Shown here piece by piece: positions 48,338-59,733 of a stretch of 64,000 nt of DNA. The notes below the pieces were generated by a model that saw only the letters and a program-made list of their open reading frames with translations, had not been told where the DNA came from and ran no database searches. The stretch is taken from positions 62,001 through 126,000 of the forward strand of contig JAXLQJ010000017.1 of the NCBI GenBank assembly GCA_046331705.1. The letters run 5' to 3'. Position 1 is the stretch's first letter. Each line of letters starts with the position of its first letter. The stretch is from a bacterium (GTDB lineage Bacteria; JADJOY01). A program made the translations under genes and the position numbers.

Positions 48338-50284
48338 ATGAGCTCGGCGCGGGTGAACGCGCGCCTCATGGGCACGTATCTGGCCGAGATGGCCGAGCAC
48401 GTCCTCACCTGCAATCGCGAGCTGGCGGCCATCGAGCGCGGCAGCGCGAGCGCCGACCACGGCGCGCGCTTCGACACGCTGTGCCGCACCACGCACAGCC
48501 TCAAGGGCGCGTCCCAGGCGGTGCAGCTCGGCACCATCGAGACCGCGTGCCATCTGTTCGAGGAGGCGCTGCTCGCGGCGCGCGGCACGAGCGGCGCGGA
48601 TCGTGGCGGCCTGTTCCATCTCCTCTACGACACCGTCGATGCGCTGGCCGACGCCCATTCCCGACTGACGCAAGGCGCCAGCCTCACCGGCGCTCCCATC
48701 GAGCGAATCATCACCCGGCTCGCCCAGATGACTCGCGCGCAGCGCCTCGCCGCCGATGCCGCGACGGAGCCCGAGCCAGCGCCCCGCCCAGCGGCGCGCA
48801 CTCCGCCGCCCGCTGCACGCTCGACTCAGGCCGCCGAAGACTCGCCGCGAGCACCGGCGCGCATCCAGGAGGAGCCGCCGCAGCCCGCGCTCGGAGTCTC
48901 GTTTCGCGAGCTCTGCGATGGCTTCGAGAAGATGGCCCACGACCTGGCGGACGCGACGGGCAAGGCGCTGAGCCTGGAGATCGAAGGCGGCGAGCAACGC
49001 CTCGATCCGACGCTCGCGAGCGCGCTCAAGGACCCGTTGCGCCACCTGATCCGCAACGCGATCGACCATGGCACCGAGGCCCCTGCCGAGCGGCGCCACG
49101 CCGGCAAGCCCTCGCCGGCGCGAATCGTCACCGCATGCCAGGTCGACGACACACAGATCACCGTGTCCGTGATGGACGACGGCCGCGGCATCGATACCGC
49201 CGCCGTGCAAGCAGCGGCGCAGCGCCTCGGCCTGCCCGCGCCGACGAGCACCGACGAGCTGCTCCGGCTCCTCTGCCGTCCCGGGTTCACGACCGCGGCG
49301 CGCGTGAGCACGCTCTCGGGACGCGGCACCGGCCTGGACGCGGTGCGCTCCCGGCTGGACGAGCTCGACGGCGCGCTCACGCTTTCCCATCGGCCAGGCC
49401 TGGGCACGCGATTCGAGATTCGCGTGCCGCATCCCGGGCTTCGTCAGGGCGTGCTGCGCGTGATCGCGGGTGGGACGGCGTACGCGCTGCCGATTCGCGC
49501 GGTCGAGTCCGTGATCCCGCTGCGCGCATCCGAGCTGCGGACGCTGGGTGGCCGCGCGTATCGCCTGGTGGGTGAGCGCTCACTGCCGGTGGCGGTGCTC
49601 GACCTGCTGGTGGCGCCAGGCACCCGCGTGAGCGACGTCCCCGTGACGGCGCGGCCGCGCGGGATCGTGGTCGAGAGCGAGGCGAGCCAGGCCGTGGTGG
49701 CGGTCGACTCCGTCGGCGCGCTCGAGCGCGTCGTCATCGCCAAGAGCGACGCTGCGCTCGAGCCTCGCAGCCCACGCGTCGGCAGCTTCGTCGACGGCGA
49801 GGGCGTCACCGTGACGGTGCTCGACCCCGCCGAGGTCGTGGCACGCGCTCGCCACGCCACCTGGTCCGAGGTCCGCGACGCCGCGAGCAGTGCTCCCGGC
49901 GACGAGACGGACGCGCCGCGCATCCTGGTCGCCGCGTCGGGCACGTGGACGCGCGAGCTGCTGCGCCGGGTGCTGGAACGCGCCGCCTACCGGGTCTCGC
50001 TGGCGACGACCACCTCCGAGGCCGCGCGCATCGTCGCGGAAGGCGGCGCATCGCTGCTGGTCGCCGAGGGTCGGCACCCGGACGGACCCACCATCGACTG
50101 GGACGCGGTGCGCCGGGCGAACGGCGGGAGCGAATCGCCGATGCCCGTGGTGATCCTGGCCCAGCAATCGGCGGCCGAGCCCGACGAGTCGAGCGCGTGG
50201 CTCTCGACCGAGACCTTCCGTCCCTGCGACCTCACCGAAACCGTGAAGCGGTTGCTCGGCCGCTTCCCAGCGCGAGCCGCATGA
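48338..50284 (+). CDS. cheA: CheA/WspE-like hybrid kinase (Hpt-HATPase-CheW-pseudo-REC)
   Basis: HSLKG; HLIRNAIDHG, DDGRGID, PGFTT, SGRGTGLD; CheW-like domain; REC lacking canonical acidic residues. Confidence 0.85.
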   Translation: MSSARVNARLMGTYLAEMAEHVLTCNRELAAIERGSASADHGARFDTLCRTTHSLKGASQAVQLGTIETACHLFEEALLAARGTSGADRGGLFHLLYDTVDALADAHSRLTQGASLTGAPIERIITRLAQMTRAQRLAADAATEPEPAPRPAARTPPPAARSTQAAEDSPRAPARIQEEPPQPALGVSFRELCDGFEKMAHDLADATGKALSLEIEGGEQRLDPTLASALKDPLRHLIRNAIDHGTEAPAERRHAGKPSPARIVTACQVDDTQITVSVMDDGRGIDTAAVQAAAQRLGLPAPTSTDELLRLLCRPGFTTAARVSTLSGRGTGLDAVRSRLDELDGALTLSHRPGLGTRFEIRVPHPGLRQGVLRVIAGGTAYALPIRAVESVIPLRASELRTLGGRAYRLVGERSLPVAVLDLLVAPGTRVSDVPVTARPRGIVVESEASQAVVAVDSVGALERVVIAKSDAALEPRSPRVGSFVDGEGVTVTVLDPAEVVARARHATWSEVRDAASSAPGDETDAPRILVAASGTWTRELLRRVLERAAYRVSLATTTSEAARIVAEGGASLLVAEGRHPDGPTIDWDAVRRANGGSESPMPVVILAQQSAAEPDESSAWLSTETFRPCDLTETVKRLLGRFPARAA

Positions 50285-50414
50285 GCCCGCGACGACGATC
50301 CATGCACCTGCCGCGCGCGCACGCGCGGGTGGCAAAGGGTTGCTCGACGATCCCCGTTTCGTTCGATAATGCGCGACCCCCGTCGCCCCCGGGGATCCGA
50401 AACCGGAGGAGTGG

Positions 50415-52241
50415 ATGACCCGTGTCCTGATCGCCGAAGACAGCCCCACGCAGGCCGAGCAGCTTCGGATGATCCTCGAGCACGAGGGCTTCCAGGTCGA
50501 CCACGCGGCCGACGGCGAGCGCGCGTGGGCTCTGTTCAGCGCGTCCCGCGAGCCCTACGACATGGTGCTCAGCGACGTGCTGATGCCCGGCATGACCGGT
50601 TACGAGCTGTGCCGCGCCATCAAGGAGCGCGGCGCGAATCCCTCGACCCCGGTCATCCTCCTGACCGTGCTGCACGACGCCGGCGACATCATCCGCGGCC
50701 TCGAATGCGGCGCCGACAACTTCATCACCAAACCGTACGAGGCCACGTACCTGGTCCGGCGGATTCGTCACATCCTGACCAGCCGCGGCGTCCGCGAGGA
50801 ATCGAGCCACAAGGTCGGCATCGATCTGGTCTTCATGGGCCGGCGCTTCACGATCTCCGCCCACAAGGAACAGATCCTCGACTTCCTGGTGTCCACCTTC
50901 GAGGAGTTCGTGCGCGCCAAGCAGCGCGAGCTCGAGACGCGGGTCGGTGAGGAGAAGCGACGGCTGATCGAGCTCGAGGCGCTCACCGTCCAGCTCGAGA
51001 CCGCCAACGCGCGCCTGGAACGCCTGGCGAACCTCGACCCGCTCACCGAGCTGCTCAACCGACGCGGGCTGGAGCGGGTGCTGGCGAGCGAGGTCAATCG
51101 CGCCCAGCGCACCGGCGCGCCGCTGGTCGCGGCGCTGCTCGACTGCGACGACTTCAAGCGCGTCAACGATCGGCTCGGCCACGCGGTGGGCGACGTGGTG
51201 CTCACCGAGGTGTCGAAGCGCCTGGAAGCGAGCCTGCGTCCGTCCGATCACGTCGCCCGTGTCGGTGGCGACGAGTTTCTGATCCTGCTGCCCGAGACCC
51301 GCTGGGCGGAGGCGCTCAAGGTCGCGGAGCGCGTGCGGCTCGCGGTCTCGGAGGACCCGCTGGTGGTCTTCTCCGAGCCGATCCGCGTCACCGCGAGCCT
51401 GGGAGTCGCGCGCCTCCCGTACGAGATCTGCTCGATCGAGGAAGTGCTCACCCTCACCCGGCTCGCGATCCGCGACAGCAAGCTCGCCGGCAAGAACCGC
51501 GTGTCGACCGCCGAGGTCGCGCGGGGCGGCGGCAACGGCGGCCATTGCGCCGACGTCCGCGAGCTCTTGCGGCAGGAGGACTGTTTCCGCGCCGTCTCGC
51601 AACCGATCTTCCACCTCGGCGACGGAAGCCTGGCCGGCTACGAGTTCCTGACGCGCGGCCCCACGGGTCCGTTCGAGATGCCCGGCGACTTCTTCCGCGT
51701 CTGCCTCGAGAGCAACATCCTCACGCTCGTCGATCTGCGTTGCCTCAAGACCTGCATCGCGGCCACCCGCGATCTCGATCGCAAGCTGCGCTTCCACGTG
51801 AATCTGTTCCCGTCGACGCTGCTCGACACCCCGCCCGAGCGCTTGCTCACGCTCTTCCCCACCACCGCCGATCGCTACTCGTTCTGCGTCGAGATCAGCG
51901 AGCAGCAGTTCATCGCCGACCCCGCCGTGCTGCGCGCCCAGGTGCAGCAGTTCCGCAGCGCGGGCATCAAGGTCGCGATGGACGACGTGGGCTTCGGACG
52001 CAGCTCCCTCGAAGCGCTGCTGCTGCTCGAGCCCGACGTGGTGAAGATCGACCCGAAGTACGTGACGGGCATCGCTCACGACACCGGCAAGGAGCGCTCG
52101 CTGCGGCGCCTCGTCAAAGCGGTGGACGCCCTGGGAGCCGAGTTGGTCGCCGAAGGCATCGAGCACGAGCAGGATCTGATGCTGCTGCGCGACGTCGGCA
52201 TCCCGTACGGCCAGGGCTTTCTCTGGGGTCGGCCGAGCTGA
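50415..52241 (+). CDS. REC-GGDEF-EAL c-di-GMP enzyme
   Basis: GGAGGAG SD; AEDS, SDVLMP, TKP; DPLTELLNR, RPSD, GGDEF; EFL, VNL, DDVGFG, KID, EGIE, QGF. Confidence 0.93.
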   Translation: MTRVLIAEDSPTQAEQLRMILEHEGFQVDHAADGERAWALFSASREPYDMVLSDVLMPGMTGYELCRAIKERGANPSTPVILLTVLHDAGDIIRGLECGADNFITKPYEATYLVRRIRHILTSRGVREESSHKVGIDLVFMGRRFTISAHKEQILDFLVSTFEEFVRAKQRELETRVGEEKRRLIELEALTVQLETANARLERLANLDPLTELLNRRGLERVLASEVNRAQRTGAPLVAALLDCDDFKRVNDRLGHAVGDVVLTEVSKRLEASLRPSDHVARVGGDEFLILLPETRWAEALKVAERVRLAVSEDPLVVFSEPIRVTASLGVARLPYEICSIEEVLTLTRLAIRDSKLAGKNRVSTAEVARGGGNGGHCADVRELLRQEDCFRAVSQPIFHLGDGSLAGYEFLTRGPTGPFEMPGDFFRVCLESNILTLVDLRCLKTCIAATRDLDRKLRFHVNLFPSTLLDTPPERLLTLFPTTADRYSFCVEISEQQFIADPAVLRAQVQQFRSAGIKVAMDDVGFGRSSLEALLLLEPDVVKIDPKYVTGIAHDTGKERSLRRLVKAVDALGAELVAEGIEHEQDLMLLRDVGIPYGQGFLWGRPS

Positions 52242-52275
52242 GCGGCCCGAGGGCGCGTCGAACCCTCCGCTCGCT

Positions 52276-52304
52276 CGTCGCGGCGGCGAAGCCGCGCCGC
52301 GACG
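52276..52304. terminator. GC-rich hairpin between convergent genes
   Basis: CGTCGCGGCG ... CGCCGCGACG, 10-bp arms. Confidence 0.4.
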
Positions 52305-52326
52305 CACGACCGACGCTAAGCGGCGA

Positions 52327-53019
52327 TCACGAGCCGACTCGTCCGGTCACCATCGCGAGCATCGACTCGATCAGCAGGGGATTGAAGTCGGCGACCTCGA
52401 ACGACTTGAGCAAGATCAGGATGTGGTAGTTGCCGATGAACGCCCAGGACGCGGCGCTCTCGTCGACCGACGCCGGGATCTCGCCTTGGCGCTTCGCTTC
52501 CTTGAGCAGCTCCGCGATCGCGTCGTGGAGCTGCAGGAAGATCTTCTTGAAGAATCGCAGCGGTTCCTTGAGACCAGCGATCCCTTCGGCGCTGTTGGCG
52601 GCGACCTGGTAGAGAATCGCCGCGAACTCGGGATGCGCATCGAGGTGCTGGTAGTAGAAGTGCGCGATCTTGCGCAGCGTCGCGAGCGGCGACGCACCCT
52701 CGCCGACCACCTCGGTGATGCGCTCCACGAAGAACAACGCCACCCGCTGGAACACCTCGCGGAAGAGCGCTTCCTTGCTCTCGAAATGCTTGTAGATGAG
52801 CGGCTCGGTGACGCCCAGCTCGGCGGCGATGCCGTTGACGGTGGTGTTGGCGTAGCCCGAACGCGCGAACTGGCGCGTCGCGCACTCCAGGATCGCCTGA
52901 CGACGCTGGTCGCGACTCATGCGCACTCGCGCCGGACCGGACCCTCCGGTGCCAGCAGCGGACGCTGGCGCGGTTGCGTCCGACGACGCGGGCCGCTTCG
53001 GGTTCGTCTCCAGCTTCAT
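52327..53019 (-). CDS. TetR/AcrR family regulator
   Basis: RRQAILECATRQFARSGYANTTVNGIAAELGVTEPLIYKHFESKEALF; ATGA overlap with the DUF721 gene. Confidence 0.88.
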   Translation of the reverse strand: MKLETNPKRPASSDATAPASAAGTGGSGPARVRMSRDQRRQAILECATRQFARSGYANTTVNGIAAELGVTEPLIYKHFESKEALFREVFQRVALFFVERITEVVGEGASPLATLRKIAHFYYQHLDAHPEFAAILYQVAANSAEGIAGLKEPLRFFKKIFLQLHDAIAELLKEAKRQGEIPASVDESAASWAFIGNYHILILLKSFEVADFNPLLIESMLAMVTGRVGS

Positions 53020-53366
53020 CGACGCCCTCCTGAGCGCGACGGGGCAGCACCCGAGCTCGCGCGCCCGGCGACGGCGAACTTGAGCTCGCGTGCATCGACC
53101 GCCGCCTTCACCCGCAACGCGTCCAGCACGCGCCGCTCCTCGAGCTTGAGATCTTGGCTCACGACCGGGTGGTCCACCTCGATCACGACGGCGCCGTCGC
53201 GCCACGCGATCGGACGACTGTGCGCCGCGAGCGTCGCGCCCGCGGCATCGGGCCACGCGCTGCGCAGCCTGAGCAAGACGCCGCCCGCGCCGAGATCTCC
53301 GCCAGCGAACATCCCGGCGAGGACATCCCCCAACGTTTCCGGTCGTGCGGTGCGTCGCTCGCTCAT
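53016..53366 (-). CDS. dciA: DUF721 / DciA family protein
   Basis: LGDVL...LRSAWPDAAG..LAAHSRP......VVIEV......QDL pattern. Confidence 0.75.
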   Translation of the reverse strand: MSERRTARPETLGDVLAGMFAGGDLGAGGVLLRLRSAWPDAAGATLAAHSRPIAWRDGAVVIEVDHPVVSQDLKLEERRVLDALRVKAAVDARELKFAVAGRASSGAAPSRSGGRR

Positions 53367-53498
53367 CGGTGGCCAGTCGACCGTGGCGGCCACGGCTGCG
53401 GCAGAGTAGCGCTCGGGATCGCCCCAGCACAAGAAATCTTCGCGTCCGCGCCACATCCGCGAGAACCCTTCTTCGCTTGCCTGTTAGGATTCGCGCCC

Positions 53499-54586
53499 AT
53501 GGACGCTCCACTCGCGGGCGTGGCCGCGCTGGCGGCGGCACTGGGCCTGGCGGCGGCGGGGATCCAGCGCGGCGCGATCCGCCGAGAGCGTGCGCTCGCC
53601 GCGCGGATCGACGAGCTCTCGCGCGAGCTCGCCTCGGCGCGCGACCAGCTGGCGGCGCGGCGCGCGGCGAGCGCCGAGTCGCAGGCCCTCGAGGAACGAG
53701 CGCGCGCGATCGACGCACGCAAGCTCGAGGTGGATCGAGCGATCGACGGCATCGCCCGCGCGCAGCGCCAGCTGGTGCAATCCGAGAAGCTCGCGTCCCT
53801 GGGCCGGATGGCGGCGGGCGTCGCGCACGAGTTCAACAACCCCGCGCAGCATCTCATCATCAACCTGCCGTTCCTGCGCCGCGCCATCGATCGGCTGCGC
53901 CGCGTCCTCGACGTCGCGCTCGCGCTGCCGCCCGCCGATGCGGCCGCCGCCGAGCGGCTCGCGAAGGCGATGGAGGACGCGAAGCTGGCGCGCACCAACG
54001 CGGACCTCGACGAGATCCTCGAGGGCCTCGAGGAGGGCGCGACCCGCATCGGCGAGCTGGTGCGCGACCTCACGACCTTCTCGCGCATGGACACCGGCGA
54101 CCTCAAGCAGGTCGACGTCCACGAGGGCCTCGATGCCACCATTCGGCTGCTCGGCTATCGCTTGAAGGACCGCATCGAGATCCATCGCGACTACCAGAAG
54201 CTGCCCTCCATCCGCTGTCACGCCGGACAGATCAACCACGTCTTCATGAACCTGTTCGCGAACGCCGCGGACGCCATCTCGGGACGCGGCAACGTGTGGG
54301 TGAAGACCGAGCCCGTGGGCGGAAACCGGATCCGCGTCCGCATCAGCGACGACGGCTCGGGCATGAGCGCCGAGACCCTGGCCCGCGTCTTCGATCCGTT
54401 CTTCACCACCAAGGAGCCCGGGCGCGGAACCGGCCTGGGCCTTGCTACGAGCTACGACATCGTGACTCGACACGGCGGAAGCATCTCGGCACAAAGCGAT
54501 CCCGGCATCGGCACGGTCTTCACCGTGGAGCTTCCGCTCGAGCCCGAGTTCGTGGAAAAGCCCGCGTCCGCGGGGAGATCCGGCGA

Positions 54587-54590
<4 letters not shown>
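53499..54590 (+). CDS. Sensor histidine kinase (NtrB-like, minimal input region)
   Basis: [52 protein letters not shown]. Confidence 0.92.
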
Positions 54591-56103
<1,513 letters not shown>

Positions 56104-56107
<4 letters not shown>

Positions 56108-57312
56108 CCGCTGCGGCAGACGGCGACCGGCCCGTTCGCATCGCGGTTCTCGGGCTCGGGGCCGAGCTCGCGACGCGACTCGAACGCGATCTCGCCGCGG
56201 CGAACCAGGCCGCCGAGATCGTGAGGATCGACGAGACCGGAACGAGCGAGCTCTCGCGGTTCGGCGAGCTCGACCTGGTCGTCGTCGACCCCAAGAGCGG
56301 CAGTCACCCGACCGTCGAGCTCCTGACGCAGCTACGTGCCGCCGTCCCCGGCGCCGGCTTGATCGTGCTCACGCGTCACGCCGACACCGACGACCTCTAT
56401 CAGGTGGTGCGGCTGGGCGGGATCGAGCGCTACTGGATCCTGCCCTGGTCGCACGTCCACGCCGCCGAGCTGGCGCAGCTGGTCGCCGAGCGCAGGCTCG
56501 CCAACGAACGCGCCGCGCGTGAGCGCCGGCTGGCCGCGGAGTGTCGGGAGCTCGCCGCCGAGAACCGGCTGCTGCGCAGCGGCGCGAGCGGTGCCCGTCC
56601 GTGGAGCTGGTTTCCTCAGCTCAGCGAGGCGATGCAATCGTGCCTTCGCGCCGCCCGCGCGCTCGCCGCCGGCACCGAGGACGTGTGCATCGTCGGCGAG
56701 CCCGGCTCGGGGCGAGCCACCCTGGCGCTCGCGCTGCACACCCACGGCCCACGCGGCGCGGAGCCGTTCGTGCGCCTACCGGCGGCGCTGCTGCGGCGCG
56801 GGACGCTCGACGCAGGCGCCGCGGCACCAACCGAGACCGGCGAGCTGCACGGCGCGCTGCGCGTCGCCTCGAAGTGGGAAGCGGCGCGCGGCGGCACGCT
56901 CTTCGTCGCCGACATCGAGGATCTCGACGACGTGGCCCAGGCGGTGCTCGCGGGACTCGTCACCGGCGACCTGGCGGGCGGCCGCGAGACGCCTCGCCTC
57001 GTGGTGAGCGCCTCGGCGCATCCCCGCGAGCTCGGCGCCGAGGGCTCACTCCACCCGCGGCTCGCCGAGCGCCTCGCCCCCCACGTGATCGCCGTGCCGT
57101 CGCTCCGCGAGCGCGCGGCCGACCTCGCGCCGCTCGCGACCCAGCTCCTCGAGGAGTGGTCGGAGCGCGTGAAGCGCCCCGCCCCGGTGCTCGATCACCA
57201 GGCGCTGGCGGCGCTCGCGCGCCGCTCGTTCGAAGGCAACGTGCGCGAGCTGCGCGAGCTCCTCGAGCACGCCGCGTTCCTGAGCGGCAGCGGTCGCTTG
57301 GCCATCCACTGA
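56104..57312 (+). CDS. Degenerate (pseudo) sigma-54 enhancer-binding protein, no HTH
   Basis: REC-like region; Walker A GEPGSGRA (K>R); no GAFTGA; Walker B FVADIEDL; PSLRER, GNVREL; ends before an HTH. Confidence 0.78.
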
Positions 57313-57541
57313 ACCGGCCGCAGCGGACCCGTCCCGCCGCCGAAGCGTTGACGGTGGTGGAGGCGCCGCTGACGGCTTGCTGTCGGCGAACGTCGCGAAT
57401 TGCACGCGTGCGAACGCATCCCGCGCCGGCGGTCACGCGGGCGGCGCGAGCAACGCGGCGCTCCCACGAATCGGGGGGCGCCGAGGGGTTTCGATCGCGC
57501 CATCAATTCGAGACAGTTCCGCACGCTTTCCCGAGCCACGC

Positions 57542-57557
57542 TGGCATGGGCGTTGCT
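57542..57557 (+). promoter_or_regulatory. Sigma-54 -24/-12 promoter
   Basis: TGGCAT-GGGCG-TTGCT, GG(57543-44)-N10-GC(57555-56), immediately downstream of the bEBP genes and upstream of the next operon. Confidence 0.8.
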
Positions 57558-57595
57558 GATTCCCGCGCTCGTTCGACGAAGCGATCCCCAGCGCC

Positions 57596-58075
57596 ATGCG
57601 AGCCAGCGTCGCCGCCCCCCGGAATCCGACGAGCGCACGATCGTCGCGGAACGCGCTGGCGCTCGTGCTCGCCGTCGCCGGCGCCGGCGGGTGCTCCGCC
57701 CGCGCGCTCGAGCCGCGACTCGCCGACCACGCGTTCGCCAGCGCCTGGGCCAGCCCGCTGGAGGGACCTGCCGTACGCGACACGCGCTTCGGCGTCGACA
57801 CCGAGGGCGTGACGCTCTGGCTCGCGTTCGCCGACGTCCTCGACACCCACACCGTTCGAGTCCGCTGGCGCGATCCCTCGGGACGCATCCAGCGCGACAG
57901 CGGACCCATCGCGATCAATCGCGAAGGCGGATACCGTCCGCGCGCCGGCTTCAGCGCGCGCCTGCCGGTGCGCGACGCACCGGCCTCGTTGTGGCCAGGC
58001 GAGTGGATCGCGGAGGTCTCGTGGGACGAGCGACCGCTCCTCGCCCGCACCTTCGTGCTGACGGAGGCTCGATGA
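57596..58075 (+). CDS. Lipoprotein with Ig-like beta domain
   Basis: ALALVLAVAGAGG-C lipobox; VRWRDPSG, WPGEWIAEV. Start uncertain. Confidence 0.65.
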   Translation: MRASVAAPRNPTSARSSRNALALVLAVAGAGGCSARALEPRLADHAFASAWASPLEGPAVRDTRFGVDTEGVTLWLAFADVLDTHTVRVRWRDPSGRIQRDSGPIAINREGGYRPRAGFSARLPVRDAPASLWPGEWIAEVSWDERPLLARTFVLTEAR

Positions 58076-59049
58076 ATCTCGCCGCCCCCTCGCCAGCGCC
58101 GCTCAGCGCCGCCGCCTCGTTCGTCCACGGCTACCCGTTCGAGGCGTGGTTGGCCGATCGCGGCCGCGCCACGCCGGCCGAGGCCGCGGCGCTGGTCGCG
58201 AGCCTGGCGGCGCAGCTCGAGGCCGCCCGCGCGGTGGGCGTGACGCCCGGGCTGGCGGTGCCGCGGCTGGTTCGCATCGACGCCACGGGCGCCCCGACCC
58301 TCGACGTCTGGGCCGCGACTCGACAGCAGACCCATCCCGAGGATGCGAGCGCCGCGCGGATGAGGTTCGGCCCGCCACCTGGCGAGACGCTCGACGAGCG
58401 CTCGGACGTCTACGTGCTCGGCGTGGTGCTCTACCACCTGCTCACCGGGCGCTTCCCGTGCACGGGCTCGAATCCGGTGGAGCTGGCGCTCGCGCACCGT
58501 CACCACGAGGTCGAAGCGCCCTCACGCATCGTGCCGGGACTGCCGGAGGCGCTCGACGCGCTCACGCTGAGCTGCCTCGCGAAGGACCCCAGCGCCCGTC
58601 CCACGTCGCTCGCCCTGCTCGCCGACAAGCTCACCGGCAAGCTGCCCGAGCCGCTTCGCGAGCCGCCGCCGCCGGCGAATCCCGCTTCGCCGCTGCCGAA
58701 CGTGCGCAGCGCCACGCTTCCGAGCGCCGCTCTGCCACCCGCGCTCGCGGCGCCCGCACCCAGTCGGCGCGGCGGCGCCTGGCCGATCGCGCTCGCGGTG
58801 CTCGCGGCCGCCGCCGGCGGATGGCAGCTCGCGTCCCGATCGACGGCGGGCCGAGACGTCACGATCGCGGCGCCGCTGGCGACCCCCGCGGTCCCCGCAG
58901 CGCCGATGCCGCGCATCGCCGCCGAGCCCACCGCCTCGGCGCCAACGGCGTCGCCCGCAGCGGCGGCCCCCGAGCCCGCGACCCGCGCGGCGACCGCTGC
59001 GCCGGTGACGGCGCCCCCGACGGAGCCCCCGACGCGGCCCACGCCGTAG
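58072..59049 (+). CDS. C-lobe-only Ser/Thr pseudokinase + TM + Pro-rich linker (5' part of gene split by in-frame TAG)
   Basis: GGAGG SD, ATGA overlap; DERSDVYVLGVVLYHLLTGRFP, CLAKDPSARP; no N-lobe, HRD or DFG; TM WPIALAVLAAAAGGW. Confidence 0.75.
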   Translation: MNLAAPSPAPLSAAASFVHGYPFEAWLADRGRATPAEAAALVASLAAQLEAARAVGVTPGLAVPRLVRIDATGAPTLDVWAATRQQTHPEDASAARMRFGPPPGETLDERSDVYVLGVVLYHLLTGRFPCTGSNPVELALAHRHHEVEAPSRIVPGLPEALDALTLSCLAKDPSARPTSLALLADKLTGKLPEPLREPPPPANPASPLPNVRSATLPSAALPPALAAPAPSRRGGAWPIALAVLAAAAGGWQLASRSTAGRDVTIAAPLATPAVPAAPMPRIAAEPTASAPTASPAAAAPEPATRAATAAPVTAPPTEPPTRPTP

Positions 59050-59178
59050 CGATCGCACCCCGAGACGCCGAGCGCGAGACCACGCACCCAACCCGTCCGC
59101 GCCGCTGCGCCGGCACCGGCGAGCGCGTCCGTCGTCGCGCCGCCCAGTCCGGCGCCAGCCACGACGGTCACGCCCGCC

Positions 59179-59733
59179 GTGCCCGCCGCGCACGGCGATC
59201 ACGAGGCGGAGGTGATGCGATTGCTCGCCGAGGGCGACGCGCTGCTGCGACAGAAGAAGTATCTCGGCGGCAGCGAGCCCGGCGCGCTCGATCGCTATCG
59301 CGCGGTGCTCGAGCTCGCGCCCCAGCACGCCGAGGCGGGCGCCAAGGTCCACCTCATCCGGACGACGTACCTCACCCTCGCCCGCGAGCGTCGCGACGGC
59401 GGCGATTTCGAGGCCGCGCACCGCTACCTGAGCGGCCTCGATCGCGCGTTCCCGGGAGACGCGGAGATCACCCGCGAGCTGCTGGCCGTCGACGCGGCGC
59501 GGGCCGACGCGAGCCGCACCGGCGAGCTCACGATCGAGGTGCGCCCGTGGGGCAACGTGTTCGTGGACGGGAAGTTCGTGGATCAGACGCCGATGCCGCC
59601 GCTCGCCCTGGGCGCCGGTGCCCACAAGATCGAGGTCGAGGGCGAGCGCGGCCGTCGCAAGAGCGTCGACGTGACCGTCCACGGCGGCGAGCACCGACGT
59701 GTCGCGATCGATCTGGAGAGCGGTGATGGCTGA
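59179..59733 (+). CDS. TPR-like + PEGA domain (3' part, same frame as 58072-59049)
   Basis: ALDRYRAVLELAP..AEA; GELTIEVRPWGNVFVDG...TP...L..GAHKIEV PEGA motif; frame continuous across the TAG at 59047. Confidence 0.65.
   Translation: MPAAHGDHEAEVMRLLAEGDALLRQKKYLGGSEPGALDRYRAVLELAPQHAEAGAKVHLIRTTYLTLARERRDGGDFEAAHRYLSGLDRAFPGDAEITRELLAVDAARADASRTGELTIEVRPWGNVFVDGKFVDQTPMPPLALGAGAHKIEVEGERGRRKSVDVTVHGGEHRRVAIDLESGDG

Noticed and set aside
59047-59049. Genome-wide TAG reassignment or pyrrolysine
   Set aside because: TAG ends yjbQ, lgt and the kinase gene at expected positions, and no pyl genes are in the window.
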